Below, piece after piece: positions 7,889 through 14,761 of a stretch of DNA of 64,000 bases (positions are counted from its first letter, which is position 1; each line of letters opens with the position of its first letter). This DNA comes from Patescibacteria group bacterium (GTDB taxonomy: Bacteria; Patescibacteriota; Patescibacteriia; Patescibacteriales; WJLG01). The stretch lies in contig JAQTUZ010000001.1 of the NCBI GenBank assembly GCA_028707065.1, forward strand, positions 98,737 through 162,736, read 5' to 3'. The position numbers were made by a program, and so were the translations under genes. The notes beneath the pieces were generated by a model, which saw only the letters and a program-made list of their open reading frames with translations, did no database searches and was not told the DNA's origin.

Positions 7889-8866
7889 ATGTGGTTAGGT
7901 ATCGCTATTATTTCCTATCTGATGAACGCCGGCGTTTACGTCGGCGATAAATTTTTGCTGTCGAAAAAGATCCACTCTTCGATCGCTTATGCTTTTTATG
8001 TCGGCCTTTGGAGCTTTTTGAATATTTTTCTGCTTTTTCTCGACCCCTGGGTCCCTAACTGGGCGCAACTGGGCGTTGATCTTGCCGCCGGCTTGATTTT
8101 TTTGATGACCTTGATTTTTTGGTATAAAGCTTTGCACCAATCAGAAGCGACCAGGGTCGTGCCGATCGTCGGCGCCTTGATTCCAATTTTTAGTTTTGTT
8201 TTAGGACTTGTTTTTTTGCATGAGCAGCCTTCCGAGCGCGAGCTTCTGGCTTTTTTGATCTTGATCATCGGCGGCGTTATGATCTCGGTCAAGCATACCA
8301 GATTCTATGAATTGCACGCCGTGGCCAAGCGGGTCCGCCAGGTTTTTGGCAATACTTTGGGCGAAATACATGCCGAATATCGTCCGAATCAGCGCTTGAT
8401 CATGAATTCGATCGTCGCGGCTTTTTTCTTCGCGGCATTTTATGTCTTGATAAAATATGTTTATTCCACCCAGCCTTTTGTCGGCGGTTTTGTCTGGTCA
8501 AGAATGGGGACTTTTATCGGCGTCCATCTTTTACTGATCGTTCCTTCCTGGCGCAAGTTAATTCTTGAAAAGCATATCGGCGAAAGCTCCAAGCCGAAAA
8601 ATTTGTTTCTTTTTTTCTTGATCCGCGGCTTGGCCGCCTTCGCCTTCATTCTTTTGAACCGGGCGGTCAGCCTGGGCGATGTGGCGATCACCAATGCTTT
8701 GCAGGGAGTGCAATACATCTTCCTTTTTATTATCGTGATGTTCTTGTCAGCCAAGTATCCCCGGGTGCTCAAGGAAGAATTGGGCGGCGAGGTTCTATTT
8801 CAAAAGGTCATCGGCGCGATCTTGATCGGCATCGGGCTGTATATGCTGGCAGTGAATATCGCATAA
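7889..8866 (+). CDS. multi-pass membrane protein, EamA/DMT-like
   Basis: 325 aa, about 9-10 TM helices in two halves. Confidence 0.5.
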   Translation: MWLGIAIISYLMNAGVYVGDKFLLSKKIHSSIAYAFYVGLWSFLNIFLLFLDPWVPNWAQLGVDLAAGLIFLMTLIFWYKALHQSEATRVVPIVGALIPIFSFVLGLVFLHEQPSERELLAFLILIIGGVMISVKHTRFYELHAVAKRVRQVFGNTLGEIHAEYRPNQRLIMNSIVAAFFFAAFYVLIKYVYSTQPFVGGFVWSRMGTFIGVHLLLIVPSWRKLILEKHIGESSKPKNLFLFFLIRGLAAFAFILLNRAVSLGDVAITNALQGVQYIFLFIIVMFLSAKYPRVLKEELGGEVLFQKVIGAILIGIGLYMLAVNIA

Positions 8867-8912
8867 CACGCAGCACATAGCACGTAACAAAATTTTTTAA
8901 ATCGATTGTTAT

Positions 8913-10463
8913 GTGTTATGTGTTATGTGTTATATTATTTTTTTATCTATATTTTTAATTCTGTTTTCTGTTTTGGCCTGGCGTCGGCTTGATTGGGCGG
9001 TAATGCTGATTATCGCCGGATTGCCTTTATATTTGGTCAGATTTAAGGTATGGTCGATACCAATGACGCTTTTAGAAGCGATGATCTTGATCGCTTTTTT
9101 TTGTTGGATTATTTTTAAAACAAAATTTTGGGATTTTTTACGAGGGAAATATAAAATTAAAGATTTTTTAAAAAATAGTCCGTGGAATAAAAAGGGCAGC
9201 GCGGAGGGGCGAAGAAGATATCCTTTCGGCATCGAAATAATTTTACTTTTGATCATTTCGTTTGCCGCCGTGGGCGTGGCGCATTTTTCCGCAACATCTT
9301 TGGGGCTTTGGAAGGCCTATTTTTTTGAGCCGATCTTGCTGTACATTCTGATCTTGAATATATTTCAGGAGTCCCCCCTCCTTTCTAAGGAGGGGTTTGG
9401 GGGTGGTTATAGTGGCGTTAATAAAATCGGCTTGAGTCTGGCCGTTGGCGCCTTGATCGTTTCTTCTTATGCTATCTTCCAAAAGTTCACCGGTTTCGGC
9501 ATTGATAATCCGCTCTGGGCGGCCGAAACAACGCGCCGGGTGGTTTCATTTTTCGGCTATCCCAACGCGGTAGGTTTGTATCTTGGGCCGGTCATTCCGG
9601 TTTTAACCGCCTTTTTATTTTTGCCGCCCAAGAAAGATTTTTCTCCGCTCGAGAAAAAAATTCATTATCCTCTTCCCGAAGAAAAAATTTCCGCGATTAG
9701 TTTGTCAAAAGGTTTTTTAGGGTTTATTATCGTTTTGTCATTAGCGGCGGTTTATTTTGCCAAATCGGACGGAGCGCTGATTGGCTTGGCCGTTGCCGCT
9801 TTTATTTTTTGTTTGTTTATTAATAAAAAAGCGCGGATCGCGGTTCTGGCCGTTGTCGTGATCGCCGCGATCGGAATTTATTTTTATCCGCCGATTGCCA
9901 AGCCGCTCGAGAGAAAAATAACCATCGAAGATTTTTCCGGACAGGTGCGCCGCTTGCAATGGAAGGAAACCTTAATGATGCTTAACGGGGAGAAGAAGAT
10001 TTGGGGGATCGGCCTGGGGAATTTTCAGCAAGCGGTTGCGCCCTATCATCAGCCGGGATTTTTTTATGATGACGGCACTGATCCTTTATTCCACCAGCAC
10101 ACGGTTGAAAGCGCCGCCGTTCGCGCCCGCACCTGGCAGCCGGTGGAAATATATCTGTATCCGCACAATATCATTTTAAATTTTTGGGTAGAATTAGGCT
10201 TGGCTGGGCTATTTTTATTTGTTTGGATTTTCGGCAAAACAATTTATCTTTTATCATCTATCGTTTATCATTTTAAGGCGAAAAAAGATAAAACAAGTTT
10301 ATTTTTAGCCTTAGGCTTGCTATCCGCAATAATTGTTATTATCGTCCATGGTCTGGTCGATGTCCCTTATTTTAAGAACGATCTATCTTGTATTTTTTGG
10401 ATTTTAGTGGCAATATTGGTTTTGTTGGATTTGAGAAATAAAGATAAACGAATTGAATGTTGA
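8913..10463 (+). CDS. O-antigen ligase / Wzy-like polytopic membrane protein
   Basis: 516 aa, more than 10 TM helices with a large loop (YPHNIILNFWVELG type motif); contains a family B repeat. Confidence 0.55.
   Translation: MLCVMCYIIFLSIFLILFSVLAWRRLDWAVMLIIAGLPLYLVRFKVWSIPMTLLEAMILIAFFCWIIFKTKFWDFLRGKYKIKDFLKNSPWNKKGSAEGRRRYPFGIEIILLLIISFAAVGVAHFSATSLGLWKAYFFEPILLYILILNIFQESPLLSKEGFGGGYSGVNKIGLSLAVGALIVSSYAIFQKFTGFGIDNPLWAAETTRRVVSFFGYPNAVGLYLGPVIPVLTAFLFLPPKKDFSPLEKKIHYPLPEEKISAISLSKGFLGFIIVLSLAAVYFAKSDGALIGLAVAAFIFCLFINKKARIAVLAVVVIAAIGIYFYPPIAKPLERKITIEDFSGQVRRLQWKETLMMLNGEKKIWGIGLGNFQQAVAPYHQPGFFYDDGTDPLFHQHTVESAAVRARTWQPVEIYLYPHNIILNFWVELGLAGLFLFVWIFGKTIYLLSSIVYHFKAKKDKTSLFLALGLLSAIIVIIVHGLVDVPYFKNDLSCIFWILVAILVLLDLRNKDKRIEC
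9375..9407 (-). repeat. family B element (inverted orientation), in frame in the Wzy-like gene
   Basis: Reverse complement ACCACCCCCAAACCCCTCCTTAGAAAGGAGGGG differs at 1 nt from 4523-4555; peptide SPLLSKEGFGGG. Confidence 0.85.
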
Positions 10464-10465
10464 AT

Positions 10466-10623
10466 TTTTGTCATCCTGAGCGCCGCGCGAAGGATCTATT
10501 GTCCGAGAAAAATATCAAAATATCATTAAATATTAGAATCGATATGGCGATAAAAATTTTGGAAACGGAAATTTAACCTTCCTGCAATATAGATCCTTCG
10601 TCTCACGACTCAGGATGACAAAA
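10466..10623. mobile_element. MITE-like element with family C terminal inverted repeats
   Basis: TTTTGTCATCCTGAG..GAAGGATCTAT at the left, its reverse complement at the right, about 85 nt AT-rich core, no ORF. Confidence 0.65.
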
Positions 10624-10629
10624 TAATTT

Positions 10630-10723
10630 GGAGATGTGCCAGAGTGGTCGCCCGCTACGTCGGCCTTTGGCCGCGAGCGGGTCCGCGCACGCCGCCATCG
10701 GGCGGCGATGTCGCGGAAATGGG
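10630..10723 (+). pseudogene. duplicated 5' part of tRNA-Ser interrupted in the D-loop by a family E element
   Basis: GGAGATGTGCCAGAGTGGTCG [67 nt] AATGGG versus intact GGAGAGGTGCCAGAGTGGTCGAATGGG at 10980. Confidence 0.7.
10651..10717 (+). repeat. family E GC-rich double-hairpin element
   Basis: CCCGCTACGTCGGCC..GGCCGCGAGCGGGTCCGCGCA..ATGTCGCGGA; a reverse-complement copy lies at 15234-15297. Confidence 0.85.
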
Positions 10724-10729
10724 ATTATT

Positions 10730-10975
10730 ATGTATTATGTTTATTTTATAAAAAGTTTTAAAAATGGGAGTTTGTATATTGGATCAACGGAAGATTTAAG
10801 AAAAAGACTGGCGGAACATAACGCGGGAAGAACCCAATCAACCAAACCATTTTGTCCCTGGGGAGTTGTATATTATGAGGCTCATTTGAGTAAGGAATTA
10901 GCCAGACGAGCGGAAATATTTTATAAGACTGGGCAAGGGCGAAGACAAGTAAAGAAAAAATTAGGAATTGAATAA
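10730..10975 (+). CDS. GIY-YIG nuclease family protein
   Basis: MYYVYFIKS..GSLYIGSTEDLRKRLAEHN is a GIY-YIG core; start moved from 10628 to the in-frame ATG 10730 because upstream codons are tRNA fragment plus repeat. Confidence 0.8.
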   Translation: MYYVYFIKSFKNGSLYIGSTEDLRKRLAEHNAGRTQSTKPFCPWGVVYYEAHLSKELARRAEIFYKTGQGRRQVKKKLGIE

Positions 10976-10979
10976 TTTT

Positions 10980-11066
10980 GGAGAGGTGCCAGAGTGGTCG
11001 AATGGGCTTGACTCGAAATCAAGTGTGTTCGCAAGAATACCGAGGGTTCGAATCCCTCCCTCTCCG
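10980..11066 (+). tRNA. tRNA-Ser (anticodon CGA)
   Basis: Hand-folded cloverleaf: acceptor GGAGAGG/CCTCTCC, anticodon arm CTTGA-CTCGAAA-TCAAG, long variable arm, T-loop TTCGAAT. Confidence 0.9.
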
Positions 11067-11108
11067 CTAGAAAATTTAAATTACATTGCTAAAATGTAAA
11101 ATAACCTT

Positions 11109-11426
11109 ATGGGTTTATTAGATTTTTTATCAGAAATTTTTGATGGAAATTCCAGTAGAGAAAATAAAACATATATTGATGAAAACGGTTATAGAAGGTT
11201 TTCAGACTCCGATAAATTAGTAAGCCGTTGGATAGTTGAGAAAAAATTAGGCAGGAGACTTAATCAGGACGAAGAGGTTCACCACAGAGACAGAAACAAG
11301 TTAAATAATCGCCCAGGCAATCTCGAAGCCCTAACTCCTGAGGAGCATAACAGAGAACATGGACTTCCAGATGATTATAATTTAGATTATGATAATGATC
11401 TTGATGATTATGACGATGACTTTTAG
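11109..11426 (+). CDS. HNH endonuclease with acidic C-terminal tail
   Basis: EEVHHRDRNKLNNRPGNLEALTPEEHNREH is an HNH motif. Confidence 0.8.
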   Translation: MGLLDFLSEIFDGNSSRENKTYIDENGYRRFSDSDKLVSRWIVEKKLGRRLNQDEEVHHRDRNKLNNRPGNLEALTPEEHNREHGLPDDYNLDYDNDLDDYDDDF

Positions 11427-11484
11427 GGCGTGATATTCCTTACTAGGGTCCCAACTTCGTCCCGCGCACCCCGCTAACTAAAAT

Positions 11485-11509
11485 AACCCGACCGCCGGGT
11501 TGTTTTTTT
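11485..11509 (+). terminator. rho-independent terminator
   Basis: AACCCG-accgc-CGGGTT followed by a T7 run. Confidence 0.7.
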
Positions 11510-11549
11510 AAAGTCGGGGAAATGCTATAATTTGGGCATAATTATAATC

Positions 11550-12587
11550 ATGGACAAATTTATGAAAGACAAATTTTTAAACATTTGTTTGATCGTCGTT
11601 ATCCTGCTTATCGCCGCGGGCGGGACTCTGTATTTTAATCGCCAAAAAATTTCCTGGCTAGAAAACAAAAATAATCCCGCGCCGAGCACGTTGGTTGGGA
11701 ATGACCGCGACGCGCATGGTTGCATCGGTTCAGCCGGATATTCCTGGTGCGAAGTCAAACAAAAATGTTTGCGCTCCTGGGAAGAGCCTTGCGTAGCGGC
11801 TACCAGTTCGAACATCGTCAAATATTTTTGCCAGGAAGGAATCTTGCGGGCGAATTATGGCACCAGTTCGGTGGGCTTGATATTAAAAAATGGCAGCACC
11901 ATGACTTTGCCGCAAACCAGATCCGGCTCGGGGATTCGTTATGAAGAAGGATCGACGGTATTGGCGAGCAAAGGCGATAACGCTTTCTTGACGCAAAAAG
12001 ATATTACAACATATACTAACTGCGTTGCCGGCAATCAAACCGTTTCCGGCGATACCGCTACTTACACCGACGCGGAAAAGACTTTTTCTTTTTCTCGCCC
12101 CAATCAATTTGTTTTGTCTGGCGGAGAAATTGGTTTTTCGCAGAGCTGGAGTTATAATTCAAGCGGCCTGGGATCGCTTTTGGCCGTCGTGGATATTCCC
12201 CGCTCGTTTATGCCGGGGACAAATTTTGGCGAAGCAAAATTTACGGTGGGCGCCAGCGGCGATCCGGCTGAAGTGAAGAATTGTTTAAAATCAAACTACG
12301 GAGAGATGGGGTCGACTACCAAGGCGACTATCGGCGATCGCAATTTCACCAAAATAAATTTTACCGATGCGGGCGCGGGAAATTATTATGACATTACCAG
12401 CTATCGCACGCTTTATAACGGACAATGCTACGCCGTTGAGAGCTTGATCCATTCTACCAATATTGATAATTATCCGCCCGAACAAGGGATCAAGCAGTTT
12501 GACCGTTTGAAAATCGGTTTGGTCCTGCAGAATATGGCGCAAAGCTTTGAATTTTTGCCCCAGACCGCGACATCTTCCGCGCAATAA
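11550..12587 (+). CDS. membrane-anchored secreted protein with an MliC-like (lysozyme inhibitor) domain
   Basis: N-terminal TM; YFCQEG...LPQTRSGSGIRYEEGSTVLASKGDNAFLTQKD...NC fits the MliC pattern; start set at ATG 11550 because TTG 11532 abuts the TGCTATAAT box. Confidence 0.6.
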   Translation: MDKFMKDKFLNICLIVVILLIAAGGTLYFNRQKISWLENKNNPAPSTLVGNDRDAHGCIGSAGYSWCEVKQKCLRSWEEPCVAATSSNIVKYFCQEGILRANYGTSSVGLILKNGSTMTLPQTRSGSGIRYEEGSTVLASKGDNAFLTQKDITTYTNCVAGNQTVSGDTATYTDAEKTFSFSRPNQFVLSGGEIGFSQSWSYNSSGLGSLLAVVDIPRSFMPGTNFGEAKFTVGASGDPAEVKNCLKSNYGEMGSTTKATIGDRNFTKINFTDAGAGNYYDITSYRTLYNGQCYAVESLIHSTNIDNYPPEQGIKQFDRLKIGLVLQNMAQSFEFLPQTATSSAQ

Positions 12588-12618
12588 TAAATATTATTAA
12601 TTTTAAAAATTTAAAAAT

Positions 12619-12780
12619 ATGTCTCACGAGATCGAAGCCAATTTTGTCGCTGATTGGTCCAATCCTGACAACGAATGTTCTCGCTGCACCGCTTTTGATC
12701 CGGAAACCGGATTCTGTTCGGAAGCGAAATGCGAAGTGCCACCCAACGCTCACTGCGATTTTTTCCAGTCAAGAGATTAG
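12619..12780 (+). CDS. possible 53-aa cysteine-rich protein (HiPIP-like Cys spacing)
   Basis: Hand translation MSHEIEANFVADWSNPDNECSRCTAFDPETGFCSEAKCEVPPNAHCDFFQSRD; below the ORF-track size cutoff; no obvious SD. Confidence 0.3.
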   Translation: MSHEIEANFVADWSNPDNECSRCTAFDPETGFCSEAKCEVPPNAHCDFFQSRD

Positions 12781-12791
12781 AATCAGTTTTT

Positions 12792-13388
12792 ATGACGAAG
12801 TATATTCTAAATTCGGGAGGATTAAGGAACAAGCCGGAAAAAGCAGTTATATTTTTCCGCGAGATAGTTAAAGGCTTGAATAAAAATCCGCATATCTTGT
12901 TGTGTTTTTTTGCCAGAGAGCGTGAATGCTGGGAAGAGAAATTCAAAAGTTACCAGCAAAACTTTGTAGAGTTAGTTGGCGGCAATATCGAGCCGATGTT
13001 TGAATTAGCTCTTCCTGATATATTTACTGAGCAGGTAAAAAATAATGACGCCATCGTTATTTACGGCGGAGATGATGACATGTTGTATTATCGGCTGCAG
13101 CAATATGATTTACCGGAAATTTGGCAAAATAAAATTATTGCTGGTAGCTCGGCCGGTTCCGATGTGTTGACTAAACATTATTGGACTTGCGATTTGCGTC
13201 AATGTGCCGATGGTTTTGGAATTTTGCCGATAAAATTTATTCCTCATTATAAGTCTGAATATGGCAGCAATGATACGCGCGGTCCGATTGATTGGAAAAA
13301 AGCTTACGAAGAGCTCGCCGAATATGGAGATAAATCCTTGCCTATTTATGCGCTGGAAGAAGGAGATTTTATTATTTTTGAAAAATAA
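12792..13388 (+). CDS. peptidase S51 (dipeptidase E)-like / class I glutamine amidotransferase-like protein
   Basis: MTKYILNSGG...IYGGDD...IAGSSAGSDVL pattern; start moved to the in-frame ATG 12792. Confidence 0.6.
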   Translation: MTKYILNSGGLRNKPEKAVIFFREIVKGLNKNPHILLCFFARERECWEEKFKSYQQNFVELVGGNIEPMFELALPDIFTEQVKNNDAIVIYGGDDDMLYYRLQQYDLPEIWQNKIIAGSSAGSDVLTKHYWTCDLRQCADGFGILPIKFIPHYKSEYGSNDTRGPIDWKKAYEELAEYGDKSLPIYALEEGDFIIFEK

Positions 13389-13393
13389 TATTT

Positions 13394-13870
13394 ATGAAAA
13401 AAAGAATTTTAATTTTAGGCGGCTGCATCTTGGTCTGTTTGTTCGTCGGATTAATCGGGTCGATTTTTACGACGCCGGCTATCGGATCTTGGTATGTATT
13501 CCTCAATAAGCCGGCGTTTAATCCGCCGGCCTGGATTTTCGCGCCGGTTTGGACATTGCTCTATATATTGATGGGCATCGCCTTGTTTTTGGTTTTTCGA
13601 AAAGTTAGGGAGAATAAATTAGCTAAAACCGGTTCAATAATTTTTGTAATTCATCTGGCGCTTAACGCATCCTGGTCGATCATTTTTTTCGGCGCCAAAA
13701 TGATCCCGCTGGCTTTTGCTAATATTGTAATTCTCTGGCTGCTAATTGTTTATTTGATCATTGTTTTTTGGCGGATTGATAGGCGAGCATCGATCCTGCT
13801 TTGGCCTTATTTGGCTTGGGTTTCCTTCGCCTCGGTATTGAATTTTTCATTAATGCTGTTAAATCGCTAA
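13394..13870 (+). CDS. tspO: TspO/MBR family tryptophan-rich sensory protein
   Basis: 158 aa, 5 TM helices; FNPPAWIFAPVWTLLYILMG and WPYLAWVSFA motifs. Confidence 0.85.
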   Translation: MKKRILILGGCILVCLFVGLIGSIFTTPAIGSWYVFLNKPAFNPPAWIFAPVWTLLYILMGIALFLVFRKVRENKLAKTGSIIFVIHLALNASWSIIFFGAKMIPLAFANIVILWLLIVYLIIVFWRIDRRASILLWPYLAWVSFASVLNFSLMLLNR

Positions 13871-14034
13871 GGGGTCTGTTGCTGAATGCCGTATTTGTCC
13901 TAAATCTTCAAATTTCGGTAAATTTTTTCAAAAATATTTTCGCCGATATTGTTATATCGCCTCAAAAATTTTTGAAAAAATTTCCTCAAAATTTGAAAAT
14001 TTATGCCTAAAAGAGCATTCAGCAATAGACCCCC
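13871..14034. repeat. long imperfect hairpin / MITE-like element
   Basis: GGGGTCTGTTGCTGAATGC at the left versus GCATTCAGCAATAGACCCC at the right (18 of 19 complementary), AT-rich partly palindromic core. Confidence 0.6.
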
Positions 14035-14100
14035 TTTTTCTTGCTTTTTTTGTCAAAGTTTTATAGTATTAAAAACAGCCCAGATCGGGTTGTTTTTATT

Positions 14101-14124
14101 CGGGGTATAGTATAGCGGTAGTAT
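14101..14124 (+). pseudogene. tRNA-Pro-like 5' fragment (acceptor plus D-arm only)
   Basis: CGGGGTA-TA-GTAT-AGCGGTA-GTAT, then hairpin CCCGCCatccGGCGGG; no anticodon arm follows. Confidence 0.6.
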
Positions 14125-14158
14125 CCCGCCATCCGGCGGGACAAGCGCGCCTAAAAAA

Positions 14159-14229
14159 CGGGCTGTAGTATAATGGTAGTACGCGTGCATGGGGTGCATG
14201 TAGCCGCGGTTCGATTCCGCGCAGCCCGA
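14159..14229 (+). tRNA. tRNA-Pro (anticodon GGG)
   Basis: Acceptor CGGGCTG/CAGCCCG, anticodon arm CGTGC-ATGGGGT-GCATG, T-arm CGCGG-TTCGATT-CCGCG. Confidence 0.85.
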
Positions 14230-14241
14230 CAGAATTACGTT

Positions 14242-14297
14242 GAAATTCTCGGAGCGAAGCGGAGACCCCGCTGGATAGCGGGGCCAGTACCCCGACA
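14242..14297 (+). pseudogene. tRNA-Pro-like 3' fragment with the T-loop replaced by a GC hairpin
   Basis: TTCTCGG [31 nt incl. CCCCGCtggataGCGGGG] CCAGTACCCCGACA versus intact TTCTGGGTTCAAATCCCAGTACCCCGACCA. Confidence 0.55.
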
Positions 14298-14346
14298 GGA
14301 TCAATTAACAATTAAAAATTAAAAATGAGGAATTATTGTTTATTGA

Positions 14347-14411
14347 GGGTAATTAGCTCAGTTGGTTATCCGCCCCAGGCGGACCCGCCTTGGGCGGGGA
14401 GCGCTACACCC
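14347..14411 (+). pseudogene. tRNA-Val-like 5' fragment with a 31-nt double hairpin in the D-loop
   Basis: GGGTAATTAGCTCAGTTGGTTA [TCCGCCccaGGCGGA CCCGCCttgGGCGGGg] AGCGCTACA, then no 3' half. Confidence 0.6.
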
Positions 14412-14447
14412 TTAAGCAAATAAAAAGTTTTTAAAACTAGAACACAG

Positions 14448-14521
14448 GGACAATTAGCTCAGTTGGTTAGAGCGCTGCATTCACATTGCAGAGGTCACTG
14501 GTTCGAGCCCAGTATTGTCCA
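14448..14521 (+). tRNA. tRNA-Val (anticodon CAC)
   Basis: Acceptor GGACAAT/ATTGTCC, anticodon arm CTGCA-TTCACAT-TGCAG, T-arm ACTGG-TTCGAGC-CCAGT. Confidence 0.9.
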
Positions 14522-14525
14522 CCGA

Positions 14526-14596
14526 GGGCCTATAGTCTAGCGGTACGACGCTACATTCGCATTGTAGAGGCGGCAGTTCGACTCTGCCTAGGTCCA
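14526..14596 (+). tRNA. tRNA-Ala (anticodon CGC)
   Basis: Acceptor GGGCCTA/TAGGTCC with a G3:U70 pair, anticodon arm CTACA-TTCGCAT-TGTAG. Confidence 0.9.
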
Positions 14597-14630
14597 CAAG
14601 AAGATTTTTTAGTCGTGAATTAATGATGAA

Positions 14631-14688
14631 GTCCTCCTTCGCGGCATTGGCGGGCTTAGCCCGCCGAAGTCCGCTTCGGCGGACGAAG
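14631..14688 (+). repeat. GC-rich three-stem element abutting the 5' end of tRNA-Gly
   Basis: Outer CCTTCG/CGAAGG, inner GGCGGGCttaGCCCGCC and GTCCGCttcgGCGGAC. Confidence 0.6.
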
Positions 14689-14761
14689 GCGGGAGTAGCT
14701 CATCTGGTAGAGCGCGACCTTCCCAAGGTTGAGGCAGCGGGTTCAAGCCCCGTCTCCCGCT
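14689..14761 (+). tRNA. tRNA-Gly (anticodon CCC)
   Basis: Acceptor GCGGGAG/CTCCCGC, anticodon arm CGACC-TTCCCAA-GGTTG. Confidence 0.9.

Noticed and set aside
10628-10729. N-terminal 34-codon extension of the GIY-YIG ORF given by the ORF track
   Set aside because: These codons are the tRNA-Ser 5' fragment plus the family E repeat (MEMCQSGRPLRRPLAASGSAHAAIGRRCRGNGII). The conserved GIY-YIG core starts at the in-frame ATG 10730.
14101-14297. Reading the outer tRNA-Pro pieces as one functional intron-containing or split tRNA
   Set aside because: No anticodon arm with a Pro anticodon exists between the pieces. The only 7-nt-loop hairpin (GAATT-ACGTTGA-AATTC at 14233-14249) has C at position 33 and a GTT anticodon, inconsistent with the Pro-type acceptor. 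The T-arm is replaced by a non-canonical hairpin. It is kept as a finding only as a nested or fragmented locus.
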